A stretch of DNA of 64,000 nucleotides from assembly GCA_003344405.1 (NCBI GenBank), contig NOWV01000271.1, positions 1 through 64,000 on the forward strand, read 5' to 3'. This document shows positions 1 to 13,835 of this stretch, piece by piece. Numbering within the stretch: position 1 is the first letter of the stretch; the number at the start of each line of letters is the position of its first letter. The position numbers were made by a program, and so were the translations under genes. Under the pieces are notes generated by a model. That model was not told the DNA's origin and searched no databases. It worked only from the letters and a program-made list of their open reading frames with translations. This DNA is from Trichoplax sp. H2. Taxonomy: Eukaryota.

Positions 1-904
1 TATCCAATGAAGTATTGCCGAATGACCTCGTATTATACCTTGAAAGCTAAATTTAACGAAAAGGGGGAAAAATTGTCAAATTTTTAAGTTTTAGGCAACT
101 TTAATGTGAAATTCAATGAATGTCTAAGCATAAGAGTCATCATCTTGTGACTTTATGTGCATAAGGCCATCGCGCGATATTAGTTTACCGTTGTAAGGTA
201 TCAACTTCTTCAAGATCTTTTTTCTCACGTGAAAGAAGGATTTCACTATTCAAAGGATCTTGTATTTTATGTATACAGTATATAGAAGTTACGATCACGA
301 TATCTTACGATTACACAACGCATACAGCGAAAGCTCTGCTTGACTGAAGTCATTTACTCTAATTCATAGTGTCACGTAGGTAATTATATATATACTGTAC
401 AGTAATCACTCGTTCGATATGAATTGAATTAACGCTTCTATAAAGTGGAAGACTAATTATTACTGCTTGCCCTAACATGCTGTTGTACATTCTCACTGTA
501 ATCCATGACACTGGTTACACACCATTTACGCAATATTATGATTTCAATTATAGAATTATAGTACTTGATATTAGCAAGAAGCAAAATGATATCCACTAGT
601 TATAATTAAGTTGCCTAGCAGTTCACCGTACAGATTACTACTTAGAGTTAGTTCGGGCACGGCAAAAGTAGCGCCGATAGAAAAATATTTTTCGATTATA
701 CTGTAAAATTTTCCAAACGATGATACCAGCTTGAAAACCACACAAAAAAGAATCGTCTAAGGGTTATTGCGATACTAGCAATTTGACGAGTTGCGGTAAT
801 TTGGAGTTAATAGCTTCTGTTTACCCCTTTTAACGCTTTAATTTCTTCTTTGCTACGAGAAGAATACGATTCGCCGGGGTGATGCCGATTTATCTTATGA
901 ACTA

Positions 905-1219
905 ATGCTAATGCGGATAACGATTAATGAAATGAAGATAACTCGTTTAACATCTATCATCACCCAAAACGTATGGCAAAGGCTGGATATGGAAAATTAC
1001 TACGACCAGGTTGTCGAAGACTTGATGATGCGTAATCGAACAAGAACATTACCTAGTAATTTGCCTAATAACATAAGTGATATTATTTGCAAGAAGAGAA
1101 GGCATGCCAGCTTTACCACCGATATTAACGACAGATATGATGATGAAAAGGAAATTTCTTATGATAAAGAAGATCCTGCCTTAATGGATGATTTTAGTTT
1201 TGATGAAACTGCTTTCTAA
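905..1219 (+). CDS. Small acidic protein or terminal exon, unknown function (may start at the internal Met, MENYY...)
   Basis: 104-codon ORF with protein-like composition in very AT-rich DNA. Contains RNRTRT (RxRxxT) and RRHAS basic phospho-motifs and an acidic tail; AATAAA follows near 1354. No family recognised. Confidence 0.4.
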   Translation: MLMRITINEMKITRLTSIITQNVWQRLDMENYYDQVVEDLMMRNRTRTLPSNLPNNISDIICKKRRHASFTTDINDRYDDEKEISYDKEDPALMDDFSFDETAF

Positions 1220-1379
1220 TTTGTGCATGATGTAAATTTCTTGTATATCTTAAAATTACATTTAAAAGAAAGGTACATTTTACTTTCTACTGAGTTGTTG
1301 ACATCTTCTTATTTCCTACATTTGATAGATGTCGATAAGTAATAAGTGAGATAAATAAAGCATCAGTAACTTATTGCTA

Positions 1380-2260
1380 CCATACTTGAATACTGGATAA
1401 CTACTGTATAGTGTTGCAAAATCTTCAGATTAAATCTCTTTATACTAAGATAATTTTGGTATGGTATGATGATATATTAATATGCCATTTCGTCGCAGAC
1501 AACTTCAAAAATAATGAAGCTGTCTGGGTTTTTGATGCTGTTCTACTACTGCACTCGATTATGTGATGAAAAAATTTGTATGTGTACCATATCTACTTTG
1601 TCTATACGTGCCGGTATGTATTGTCATAACACCTACTGCTAACATGATTATAATATGTGCAAAGTTTTGAGTTATCTTACTATTCGTTTGTACCTTAAAG
1701 AATTGCTGATGTGTTGTTAATCTGTCTTGCCTTAATACATTCTTAATATCAGCAAATACCTACGGTCGTGTGGTCATCATTATGGTCACGGGACTGTAGT
1801 ATTAAAATGCGTGCTATTACATATACCCAACTGTTGTATTTATGAGGTTGAGGATAGATTCCCTCAAATCTTTTTTGTATGGCTTTTATGAATAATTTCA
1901 ATTTTTGTAGTGTTGCTACGGTTATGATGGCATTGTCTATACTCTAATAGCGATACTCTACTATTTTGTTGCTAGGATTTTTCTTACGCTGTAAAATAAA
2001 TAATAAAATAGCGTCGGTGTGCTTCAAATTACCGTCTTTATGATTTTACTGCAAATATAGGATAATAGCAAGTGCACCGTAAATACAGTAAATATTGCCT
2101 ACGTGAGTGTTGCTAAAATCGTATATCCTTGAATTTTATATAAAATAATCGATTTTTTGAAAATGGCTCTTATTTGACGTGTAGATAGATATACCGTACT
2201 GGTAGGCACTATATGTTACGCATGATTCCCTCCTATACGTTAAAAGCGTGTAGGAATAAT
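1380..2260 (+). pseudogene. Possible decayed rhodopsin-class GPCR
   Basis: Class-A-like fragments in the expected order but in shifting frames with stops: INMPF (TM2), VWVFD (ECL1 WxF), ICMCTISTLSI..RYV.VITP (TM3/DRY region), IVYTLIAILYYFVAR (TM5-like). Boundaries approximate. Confidence 0.3.
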
Positions 2261-4804
2261 GTGATGAGCAAGTATGTATAATTTTGTGAGCATGTCATTT
2301 AAATCGTAAAAGTGTAAAATGATTTCATATTTATTTTCTTATAAGATTCCAACTTTAATCTTTACCTTTTCTCATTAACACACTAGGTCGTTATGAATCA
2401 TTAACCAATTTTGAATGCGGGTATATCATAAAAATTTGTGACTGCACTACTTGGTGTTATGTAAGCAATTCACATTAGCATTTGAGGCTTATTGAATTTG
2501 AGGATAAATCAATAAAACGATTCATGGCGATAGAGGTATTGACGATCATTAATTTCCATATCTGTAGTCTCCATTTAATATTAAAGGTATACTAGTAATT
2601 GGGAGCTTGCTAACCACGATTTATCTTTAAAATTCAGTCCTTTCATTAATATAAGTTAAGAATTTCTTGAATTCAGAGGTATATGATGCCAAGGACCACT
2701 TAACAAAAAATTTCCTCAACTAAAACTACGGTACTTCGTACCCATGCCACAAGCCAAAGTCCCAATCTAACCTAACTTTACTCAACAATTTCTTTGAACT
2801 AGCGGCAGTAACAGGAACAGTATAGAAAAATAGGAGCTTCAGTAATGCTGGAACGATGAAGGGGGAGGGAAAGTTTTGTTGAGTAATCTGTGATGATGCA
2901 GAACTCTCTAAGATTCGTCAGAAAATATAATTCATGTTGGTCTGGAAATCGGTCGCAGGCCACGAACTCCAGGCTGTGTCCGATACAGAGTGTAAATGCC
3001 TCATAATTATAATTCAGTATTATCAAATATAATATATCACACATTGTCGATAACGTCCAAAAATCATTACCCTGTTCCATGTCTTGATATTTAGTTTAGA
3101 AAGTATGATCTTACTTAAAACGTTAACAAATGACTAAGCTGTATTTACAATTTTACATGTGCCGAAAGTTTGCATTCAGTACGATATACTGTATATTTTT
3201 TCTGGAACAGAAGTATCTTTGATTATTTTACTATGAAATCTTAAATCTACGCACATATAGCCGTTATAGCAGACCTATCTCCATCAATTGGCATAATGAT
3301 GACAATTATACGAGTATGCGATAACTACTTTTTTGCTTCCTCCTCGAATTTGTACTAATGCAACAGATGCCGAATGGTCCTATATTGATAGAAATTGCTT
3401 TGGAGTGACTTCATCTAATTACAGTAGTGCGTGTTTTGAAGGTAGAGTAAAAGTTTGCAGTAAAGAACTGTGTGGAACAGTATAATAATTTTTATCTTGT
3501 AACAAAACAGGTTCTATAGTGAGATCCTGTAATGATTTAAGCTAATTACAGTAGTTATGTGTTAGGGAAATACAGTGATAGTATGTAGGTTTAAGAATCC
3601 ATACACCACAAACGCTGAAAAAATCTTAAGTAAGATGGTAGCATTAGACCTGAGTAGACAAGTGATGTCAAGGATTACTTTTAGGCATTAAGATAGTCGC
3701 CTACTATTAGTGTATGATTGTAGAGACGATAGCTGTAGCCTTAAGCTAGACTGTAGAGGAGTTAAGTCGATATATAGAGAGCTAGATGTGCATAGTTACA
3801 TGATATAAGCATTACTATTGTAATACATACTTGAAACTAAATTTTAAGTTATAAACTATTTTTAGCCTCTATATTATGAAACTAATTTATAGGGTAATTA
3901 ACTTAGAGAAAGGCTAGAAGTAGTACTTGATTACAAATCTAATACAGTGAAATTGTAGATTTGTAACAAGGATGATGAAACCGCACACTTGCATTATTTG
4001 TATATTAGGATGCTTTAGGACCCTTTCTATAATTTTAGACCGTTTAATTATAGCTATGCAAAAATAATAAGCCAGTAGAGACAGGATGAAAAAAAAAAAC
4101 AAGTATTCCGTATAATCAAACAGAGATTATACGAAGGTGTATCTTAAACTCAAGCTAGTGCAAATCAATAATGTTGTAGCTAGCTTTTCTTTCAATTTCC
4201 TGCATAAGAAGGACTTACGTCAAAATATTGCAATCTCGAGATAGTCGAATATTAATGTTTTATTGATGAAAACTCTATAATTAAAACATTAAAGTATGGT
4301 GTATTCAAAGAAATAACAGCGAACAGTATTTTACCGGAAAAAAACTAATTAGATACACGAAACAACGTACCGTAAGATAACAGAGGATTAGGTGGCTATA
4401 TAATATACTGTCTGTATGTGTTGATTTTATGAATTAACTGCTTCAGTAAATTAGCTATTTATACATTGCCGTAGCCTCATATAAGATATCGGATTGCTCT
4501 ATTCTAGGCTATAAAACTAAAGGTTTAATATCTTCAATTACAAGTATTTATGGCATTGATATTCATTTCTTTATAATTATTAAATATTGTGAAGTTCGTT
4601 ATGAACAATATTTGTTGATAATCAACGGCGCCTAACATTCTATTGATATTTAGGAAAATGGCTCATTCCTAGCAATGCCTGTTTTATTCCTTCTGAAACT
4701 TAGCTATATAAAATAAAGAGATCAATTTTAAAGAGGAATTATACAATTCGCAAGACTGTAGCAAAAAGTATCTAATTAAGAATTTAATATTTAACACTCA
4801 CCTA

Positions 4805-4906
4805 GACAAATATCTTAGTGCTAAGAATAGATCCCTATCCGACAGTAAATTAAAGGACAAATATGCTAGTGCTAAGAATAGACCCCTTTCCGATAGTAAA
4901 TTAAAG
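4805..4906. repeat. Tandem duplication, 2 x 51 bp
   Basis: gacaaatatcttagtgctaagaatagatccctatccgacagtaaattaaag at 4805-4855, followed by a near-identical copy at 4856-4906. Confidence 0.9.
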
Positions 4907-7305
4907 CTTCAATTCAGGTTATACATGTATGTTGAATATTTACTAGTAGATCGATATTAAATACATGTCTAAAATCTTGTAATCAAAACATAAAACATAC
5001 TTTTGCAATTTTATAACACATACTTTATTTAGTCATTTAATTTAAAATGCTAACATTTGCGTTAGGAATGCGCGCATTGATTAGTCGCGCATAGATTAGG
5101 TGTAAATTTCACGTTAACTTTCTCTTTCTTATATCTAATTATTTTTAATGCTAGAGCAGAAATGACAACGAAAATCGCGCCGAACTCGACGTAATAGTTA
5201 AACTGCATACAAAATAAATTAGACAAGTCCATACCAGGATATATGCAATATTAGACCAGTGTTTTAGGGACCTGGCGGGCTCTCTACTGTATACTGGTTG
5301 AAAGCTGTTCAGCCATAGTGCAGCATTTAATTGGATCTTTTAAATTTTCAAAACGTTTACATTAAATTTGGCTCAAATTCCACATAAACATCAATTAGCT
5401 CTTGATGTTTCTATTACATTTTACCACAGTATTAAGATATTTTATTTCTTTAAAATTTTAACTTAAACCAACAGTCACTGGTACATGTACGGTCGGTTCA
5501 ATCAGCATACAAGTCACGTCGTAATAGTGGTCTTATACGACTCGTAGTCCTATATTAGCAGGAGAAAACAAGTTTTATTTTTGTACCGAGTAGATTTGAC
5601 AAAACTAAAGTACCAAGTAGACAGTTTCAGACGATCAGATAGCTTGAGTATACATAGCAGTACAGAGGCAATTACAGGCCTTTCACAGGATACAAATACG
5701 AACTATTTTCAAAATGATATAGATAATATTGTTGTGCTATTGAGTACCAAGGTCTCTCTTCATAAAGGCTAAGACATTGATCAGATATTTTAATCTACTG
5801 CCAGGTACATCACTTATATTATAATTTAAGGCAGCCAAAATCACCTTCTTTGCCTATTTCGTCTCGGTAAAAGATGAATTTATTCCCTCAATCAATATTG
5901 TCAAGCTTAGTCAAGGCTAATCTACATAGATTCTAATAGATTAGTAATATCGACATGGCCGTAGTCTGCCTATTACGACATATGCGATAGTTGAGGTCAT
6001 AGACTACTTAATTTATATTGGACAGGAAGCTCTATTCGGACGGTCGGATATTTCGGGTTCATGCGTTATAATAATACTATTCCAAACAATCGTTATAATG
6101 TCCTTGAGGGGGTTGCTCGATTCTGTAATTCGCTATTTTTTCTAAATTAGATAATATTATATCGATATCTATTCTATTTTACTAAATTTTGCTTCGAAAC
6201 AGTTACATAAAGTCTTGAATGCTCTTAAATTAGTACAAAAGATTCAGAAAAGAGAGGCAAAGATTTATACCAGTTATCTAGGTATAAAAATGTCTGCCTG
6301 TCTGAAGAGTTCCTTGTCTAAGTGTATCTAGTAGTTCATGGTAAGGCAGTCACTCTTATGATTGATTTATATTGAATCAAAATTTTTTATAGCTCAACCA
6401 ATAATCTCAGGGAAATGAAGTTTGTAACAAATTGCTATAAGCACTTTTAAGAAATACTTTGAAAATCACCACTATATCACTAGCATATTCCTACATCGCG
6501 TTTCCGCCGGTATAATTTGTTTATATGTATAGTTGACATATCGTACTGCAGTTGTTACCTGTCTCAATTTGTAGAGACTATTACAACACTCAAACACTGT
6601 TAATATCAATATTCTTACATCCTCTGGAATTGTGGATAACGTAGTGCCGTAATACTTACGGAGATATTTTGAAATAATGCTCATCATATTATGAATAAAT
6701 ACTACAAATTTTAGTACCAATTTCATATAAATTAATTACTGGTATGAACCGTCAGTAACACCTAGGGCAACAGCTTACAATATTAATTCCTGTATTTCAT
6801 AATGATGGTTGAAAAGAATTAGAAGCGTTTAGATAAGTAATGATTCCTATCCTATATATTGACAGTCTTTTATTGATTGCGATACATATCATCCGAGGTT
6901 GCAGAGACCTACTTAATTAGTGCCGTAAGGGCTACATAGATACCGTACTAAGCTAAATTATCGGCGAACGAATTATAGTTTAATTAGATGCTTTTAAAAT
7001 TATATCTTCATTTGGTGTTGAAAACAGTAACTAAAAATCAAATTTAAGTAGTTTCTGAGTAGCTTTCAGAATAGTCTATTCTCTAAGAACGTTTTACTAC
7101 TTAAATTTTCTCTACAACTCCAGTCAGTAAAAGACGATAAATATTTCAAGAATTGAATCTAAGCATTTGGCTATCTACTGATTTTGCCATTTGCCAGTTA
7201 CTTTCAATACTCTAGATAAGTTTACTCTTACAATTCCATTGCGTGAATACCTTCTTTTAGTGCATCAGCCATATTTCGCCATGTGATCATTTGCTTATGA
7301 TGGAA

Positions 7306-10184
7306 TTATTTTTTATATCCGTAATATTCACGTGAGATTTCACATACGTATGGCTTGCCTTTCTCGTAATTGATTTCATCACCACATTGGACTAATAAGT
7401 CACCGTTATTACAACTACTGTCTTCGTCACAACATTGGCCCCACATTGGATAAGAAGATTCTCCTGCTTCACGTTCACGTACAGGACTGCCTCTTAAAAA
7501 GCTATTAGCATTTGCTAAACTTATAAAGACCTTGGAGTTCAAGTCTATAGAGCAAAACCATAAAAGAGTCTCTGTTATTAATATATAATTTATTTCCTAA
7601 ACCTAGTGAAAATAAACTTAAAAATTTGCTTGATAGAACATACTTATTTGTTATCGTTTGATTTTATTACAATTTTTACGTGACTTTATAATGAGAGCAA
7701 AATTTTAACCACTTCTTCGTATAGTAGATCAATTTATCAGGATCATTTGTGGTAGTAGATAGCAAAATTTCGGCTTTGCCGTAAGATAACAGTTTATCGA
7801 ATATCAGAGATTCAATGATAACAAATTATTATCAACGAATATCATCACATTTATTAAAGGCAAGATAATTGATTCTAAAAGAAATTATTGATTTCCATAT
7901 GTGTAAGATAAAAACAAAGAAATAGAATATAAAATAGTACATTGCTTGCAAAATATATATCAATTTCAAGAAAGAATGTTGCCATGTATAATTCTATTAA
8001 ACTATGACTCTAATTGATCTTTAAGCGAGACAAAACTTAAGGTAAATAAGTAAGAAAATGCTGTAGTTAGAGAGAATCCAATTTGATAGTGTTGCGGAGC
8101 TAACTCTATATTACTGTCACAAACCAACTTCGTGACAAGTATAACGTAAAACAAATCTCTAAATTACTATAGTCTCCGGGATTCAGTATCCCTACTTACA
8201 AGAATTTAGACGCCTTTGATTCTACGTTAAAACAACTATACAATTGAGAACTGCTTTATTCAACTATCTGACGGGTTTATATACCCTTCTACAGCAGCTA
8301 ACATTCACAAGTCATCTTATAATAACACTTGGGTGAGAACATCTACTAACTAGTTTTTCACAGTCGGACTACAATATGTCCATTCACAGAATCATTTCAG
8401 CACATATTACAGCACAGCAATAAATTTACTGTAACACATTTATAATTAGAGTAATTCCTATTGTAAGTAACTAGTTGTAATATAATATCACTATACTATA
8501 TTAACCAAATTTAGATAGCTATTTCTCCACGGTAGTTCGTACCGTGACAATTACGTACGCCTCTGACGATTCATTTAATTTACTTTACTTATCAGAAGCA
8601 GATTTGCGACGTCAGATTACAGTAAGAGTATATAAAAAGAGTAAACAGTTGTTTATTGAGTTCCTTTTATAGACTGTACTAAATGGTAATCTGCCTTAAG
8701 ATGAATAAGGTAGCTCTCAACTCAATACGAAAGTATCTACTGAGTCCGTTCGTAAGAGTGAGATTATGACTGCTAGATTAACAGATTAGAAAATAATATC
8801 CAATACAGTAAATTGTTGTAATCTTAAGAATTAATACTTTATGATTTTATGACGTTTCTTGACTTTAAATTAAAACATCGCGTGCAATATATTAATTTAG
8901 CATAATTCAACTATAAAATTAACGACAAAGATATACTGATCACTTTGCAGTAAGCAATTAAATATTGCCTTTTTGCATGCTAATAATATTATTTAGAATC
9001 GAAACTATGCAATATAAAGTGGTTAAGATTCGATGGAAAATATAGAATCTAGGATACGGAGCTTTAAATACTTATTTTCATTCATTTCATTAGCACAAAA
9101 AAAAAATATTATTGTTACGATGATACTAAGCAAGGTAAAGGCCTGAATAAAATCTCAAACGGTTATTAATGGTGAAAAAAGCCTCGGGAAGAGCAAATAA
9201 CCTCATATAAAGTTAACAACTGAATAACGTATTGAATAAATTGAAAACATGTTGCAAAAATTGATAATTACACGGAAATCGACACCTGGTGTATAAATAT
9301 CAACATCATTAAGTAGCGTAACAGTAAACGAAGTAATGGGGGTAAAATTTTAGAAAATTTACCTATTATGTCATATATATTCAATTAATAATAGTCAACG
9401 TAGTCATCTATGGACTGTAAAATCTTAACTAGTAACATATATATGACATTAAATTAATTTTTTTCATTAATTAAGAGCATTAGTATATTGTCCATTTTGA
9501 ACAATTACTGCAAAGCGATTTCATTGATCCAGACTTTTAAGTTTTGTTTTCCGACATGGTATAAGAATAAATGACTGAATTTAGAGCAGGATAAATTGTG
9601 AATATATTCAGTATAAAACTCGAGAATATTAGGCGGCTGATAAATTTCCTCTTTTTAATTAATGACTGATTATATAAATAATTGTGAATAGATATTGCTG
9701 AGAACTTAGAAAGAGACACTATACGCAAATTGATATATTTTGCATTATAATTGACTTGTACTATGAACGTATTTCAAAGTGAGTAGTATAATTTGTCTAA
9801 ATCTTCGTGAATTGCATCTCAGACGCGATTTTAAACAGTTTTGAATTAGTAAATTATTATATGAAATCTCGATTCATGCTGATATATAAACATTAACTGC
9901 TCTACGTGCATTAGTATCAGTTTCTTACCTTCATTTGTAGTTGTTTTCTTTTCGGTATCAGAATTTGATCTGCGTCGACGGACACCATTACAGGTTGCTT
10001 CGTAACTTTGCAAGTATTTTGAATAGAAACCACCCTGGCAAGTATCCCAGAAATAAGACGTTGCGGCACGTTGGCTAGCACAGCTTAATGAGTTGTGGGT
10101 TTCATAAACTATATCGACGGAGACGACAGGTTCAGCCAAAATAAGAAATAAGAAAATTGATACCAGCTCAAGTTTAATTTTCAT
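7306..10184 (-). CDS. Insulin/relaxin-like preprohormone, copy A (164 aa, 2 coding exons)
   Basis: Exon 1 is 10184-9929 (ATG; signal MKIKLELVSIFLFLILAEPVVS; C-x13-C-x15-C; RRRR site; donor GAAG|gtaag, phase 1). Exon 2 is 7544-7306 (ctatag|AC; ...MWGQCCDEDSSCNNGDLLVQCGDEINYEKGKPYVCEI..., i.e. CC-x5-C-x8-C-x13-C). Phases match and the joined protein is colinear with copy B. Confidence 0.8.
8115..8549. mobile_element. Solo-LTR-like element, family A, in the intron of peptide gene A
   Basis: Begins TGTCAC and ends GTGACA, with a perfect 5-bp flanking duplication ATTAC. Homologous to 29693-30264 and 60610-61176. Confidence 0.8.
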
Positions 10185-10374
10185 GTTGCTCTTTAGAATT
10201 TTTGTTGAAAGTGTAATAACGCCTACCAAACTCCTAAAACGAATAATAAATTCTTAGCTAGTTTGAATGTTTAATATTCAAGTGACGGTAGAAATTTTCT
10301 TATGGCAGATAAAATAGCTTTCTAAGCACAACTAGCCACAGCTGTAATATCATAAAAAAGAATTTTTGATGGAT

Positions 10375-10382
10375 TATTTATA
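10375..10382 (-). promoter_or_regulatory. Candidate TATA box of peptide gene A
   Basis: ggggTATAAATA on the minus strand about 190 bp upstream of the ATG at 10184. The motif is common in AT-rich DNA. Confidence 0.3.
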
Positions 10383-13019
10383 CCCCTCTCTGTCATTGCC
10401 AGAAGCGAAGTTAATAATTAATACCGAAATTAATTATATGATACTATCTTAGAATCAATAAACAAAATAAAATTTATTATTAAACCAGGCAAAGTCTTTA
10501 TCAAAGCTGTTATTAAATAAAGATATGAATATTTTTAATTTATTTTCTTATTAATTCAATATGCTTAATAATTCTTTTCTTCCATTCCGTTCTTGATGGG
10601 TCATGCTAAAAGATGCATTACGAAAGAATTAATAAGATCAATAAATCATTTGTTTACAGTAGATAAGTACTTGTTTTATCGCATCAATTAACCAAGCTTA
10701 AAATAAACTTCCTTTTTCATCACAGCTTTATCAATAAAAATTAGTTATTATCGACGTTAATGAGTTGAAATACTTGTATAGCGATAGCTCTGTTATTAAT
10801 TGAGAGCTGATAATTCGATGAGATACACAACGCTATTGTCTTAAGACGAAAGTCCAACTATTAGCTCGCTAAAAATTGTCTATATTTTCTTAACGTGACA
10901 GATCGAAGTAGAGTATAGATGGAAATTAATACGATCATTGAGCGTATACCATCACGGTTTACAACTGTATCATTGAGGTGAGACCTAGCGGTTATAAGAA
11001 GTCTGCTTATTAGCTACTCAACGCATAACCCAAGTGCATTAATTTAAAGATTTTGTACTTTATAATAGCAAATTATAGATAGGCGTTGTTTTGTGAGCAA
11101 AAAAAGGGTGAAAATGCGGTATTTATTTCAACACTATTAAGAATTGAAGAGATTTTCAAAATTAGAAATTGACGACATCAAGTTTTCAGCATATTTATTT
11201 TCAACCTTCAAAGATACAGTATCATACTATGTAGATAGTCTATAACATCAATTAAATTAAAATCTGTCATGAAGCTATTGAAAGTTATCGACAAAAATAT
11301 CCATTAATGTTAATTGCCAAAAACAACATAGTTTTAAAACATTCTAGTTACTGCTGCTGAAATGGGTTTAATAAACTATCATGGAAAATAACTCTACAAA
11401 TAGTTACCAAGGCGTTGTCATTCCTATAAAGATCTTATGATAACTTGTATTAAGTAAATACTATAAGGAAAACTGTAGGGCCAAGTAATATCGGATTTAA
11501 CCTTGAAGTTGCCATAGAGCTAACATTTATGAGTTTACTGTAACTCAATCTTCCATGGCCCCTATAGTGAAGTTCAAATTAGATTTAGTGATCATAATCT
11601 CAATAACTTATAGCTTACTAGATTGAGTAAACAACGATAAGTACACCATTAGGCTGCTAAGTTTGACTACTCTCTCCATTTCTTAGTAAATACCACTATG
11701 CTATATCGATACTGCTGCGCTTATTAACTTACTGTAATTAATGATAGATATTCAAACTTAGAATAAATTAATCATCTTAGTTAGAAAATATTGGACCATG
11801 TCTGATTGTTACTTTAAAATAAGCTGTTAGAAATGATGCTGGATAATTTCAAATCTGCTAAAGCATTCAACTTATTACTATACATGATGACATATCTTCA
11901 ATACTGTATTAGTTGATATTATTGCAAATTGGTGTCATTCTGTTGCAATATATATCTCGATTCTGATTTGCCTTAGAGTCAGAGCCAGAGCAAAAAAATG
12001 TACATGTGTTTAATATCTGTCTAGATCATTATATATATATATAAACTTGTATTTTTCCTAATAATCGATCATAAATGTATGGCTGATAAAACTTCTAAAT
12101 ACGATAAAGGAATCGCATGTTACTAAGATAATTTAATGTAAAACCGCGCTTATGTAGCTTTTAAACGGCTCATCATGATCTTGAAGAAGTGGTACCGTTA
12201 CATCACCAATCCATGCCTACTTTAAATCATCAAAATGTAAACTAATGCAAATTTTATTCCAAACTTATTAGCAATTATTGATGGTCATAATAATAAAACT
12301 ATGTATGCTTAGTTATCCATATGTCACAACTTAGTAATTGGAACGAGAAAAACAAGCTAACTTAAGACGCAAAGTCAAGTTTTGAGCTAAAGTCGTTAAC
12401 AATAGTTATCTTTATTTTAAGAGAAATTCTGTTTATATAGTAAATGTCTTTACGTAAACATATCATTACTGCTATCTCTATCTCTTAATTTAGTATTCAT
12501 CACCCTAGTAAATATCTAAACAGATTTTCCTTCGTTATTACACTTTTACTGAAACTCTGGTCTAGATAAACGTTCGGTGACTGTGCCGTTAAACCTATAG
12601 TCATTATCATAATATCAAAATACTCTAATAATAGTTTTACTAATTTTGGTATGAGCAAGTAATCGATATATCAGTAAATACATAAAAATCTTCTAAAAAC
12701 ATAAATATCCTATTTTAAGTCCTATTCTTATTTAATTACATGTTATGTCCAAAATTATAAAATTTATACTTTACAAAACTAAAGATATTATAATACCATG
12801 ATAGATATTATTTCAGATAGCATCATTTTGGTAGAGTACTGAAATTGTTTTGTTCGAACGAAATCATATGTAAGCGTTCCTTCATTGCGACATCGTACAC
12901 CTACTTCAAAATGTCTTAATTTGTAGTGGTCCATACTAAAAATTTTAAGTTATCAGCAATCATAAGTAATTATAATTGCTTGAAAAGTCTAAGCACCATC
13001 GTGTGCGCTGTTTGATTTA

Positions 13020-13165
13020 GCTACGTTCAGCAGTGAGATCCATCGTGATCTATATTGTCTCAGTTAGACCATAAGGTCAAATAATATTCAACGTCGTTTT
13101 GGATCATTAATTGGTCTCAAATAGAGAGTAGCCTAGGACTTACAGATATCGGTCAGGTATTGATT
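13020..13165 (-). pseudogene. Probable decayed exon 2 of the insulin-like family
   Basis: Allowing frameshifts it reads IPD.ISVSPR.ATLYLRPINDPKR..EYYLTLWSN*DNIDHDGSHC. This aligns with VPEELTVSRKESNQFLQHTESKR...VYTSCCD..C (copy B) and SYPMWGQCCD (copy A). Confidence 0.4.
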
Positions 13166-13835
13166 ATTTGCGTAGAAGTAGTACAATTAGGACATTAGTC
13201 GGAGAACCCCGAGAATTTCCCGCATTGGCAGATGAATTAGTTCTCATGCAAGACGTTAAATATATTTAACGATAACACGTATATGTACAGTAGACGTAAA
13301 TCTCCGAGTATATGCCTTACGTGGATTAAATAGCATGTGTTTGATGGAAAGAAACAGTTGTCATTATAATATAATTTTGATGCAATTTGTAATCGTTATA
13401 GTATAATTCGACTATCATGCATCAGTCATTAGATAACTATATTCGTAAATATCTTTGTCTTCATTAAGTGGTGATCCGTACCTTAGATCACCATCTAATT
13501 TATAGGAAGGTTTCAGCGCTAACTGTTCTAAGACTCTTTAACTACGATAGAAGAAATGTAAATTGTGGTATATAGTTCAATAAAGAGAATTTTTAAGAGT
13601 TCTTGAAAATTTACGTTAACCACGTGGAACACGATGTGTTTAAGCTCTGTCTGTTGGAGTAGTAATATCCCTAATAAAAGCATACGTATTTTTTCCCCTG
13701 AAATACAATTCAGGAAGCATAATATCATATAGATCGTAAATTATATTACTTTGTAGCTAATCAGTTTTGTGATAGATCTTGAAAATATAATCCGGAATTT
13801 TAATAATACGAACTTAACTAATATTTCAGACTTAT

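Noticed and set aside
2799..3080. Minus-strand ORF containing LCIGHSLEFVAC, superficially like an insulin B chain
   Set aside because: No signal peptide, wrong Cys spacing, no A chain or basic sites; the opposite strand looks more coding-like.
7644..7900. Possible alternative or decayed exon 1 close to exon 2 of peptide gene A
   Set aside because: Multiple stops, no signal peptide or ATG in frame, Cys spacing does not fit. The 10184-9929 exon gives a perfect in-phase, equal-length paralog.
11341..11480. Plus-strand YCC*...RCHSYKDLMITC resembling the peptide A chain
   Set aside because: Opposite strand to the array, x9 rather than x8 spacing, requires frameshifts; likely chance.
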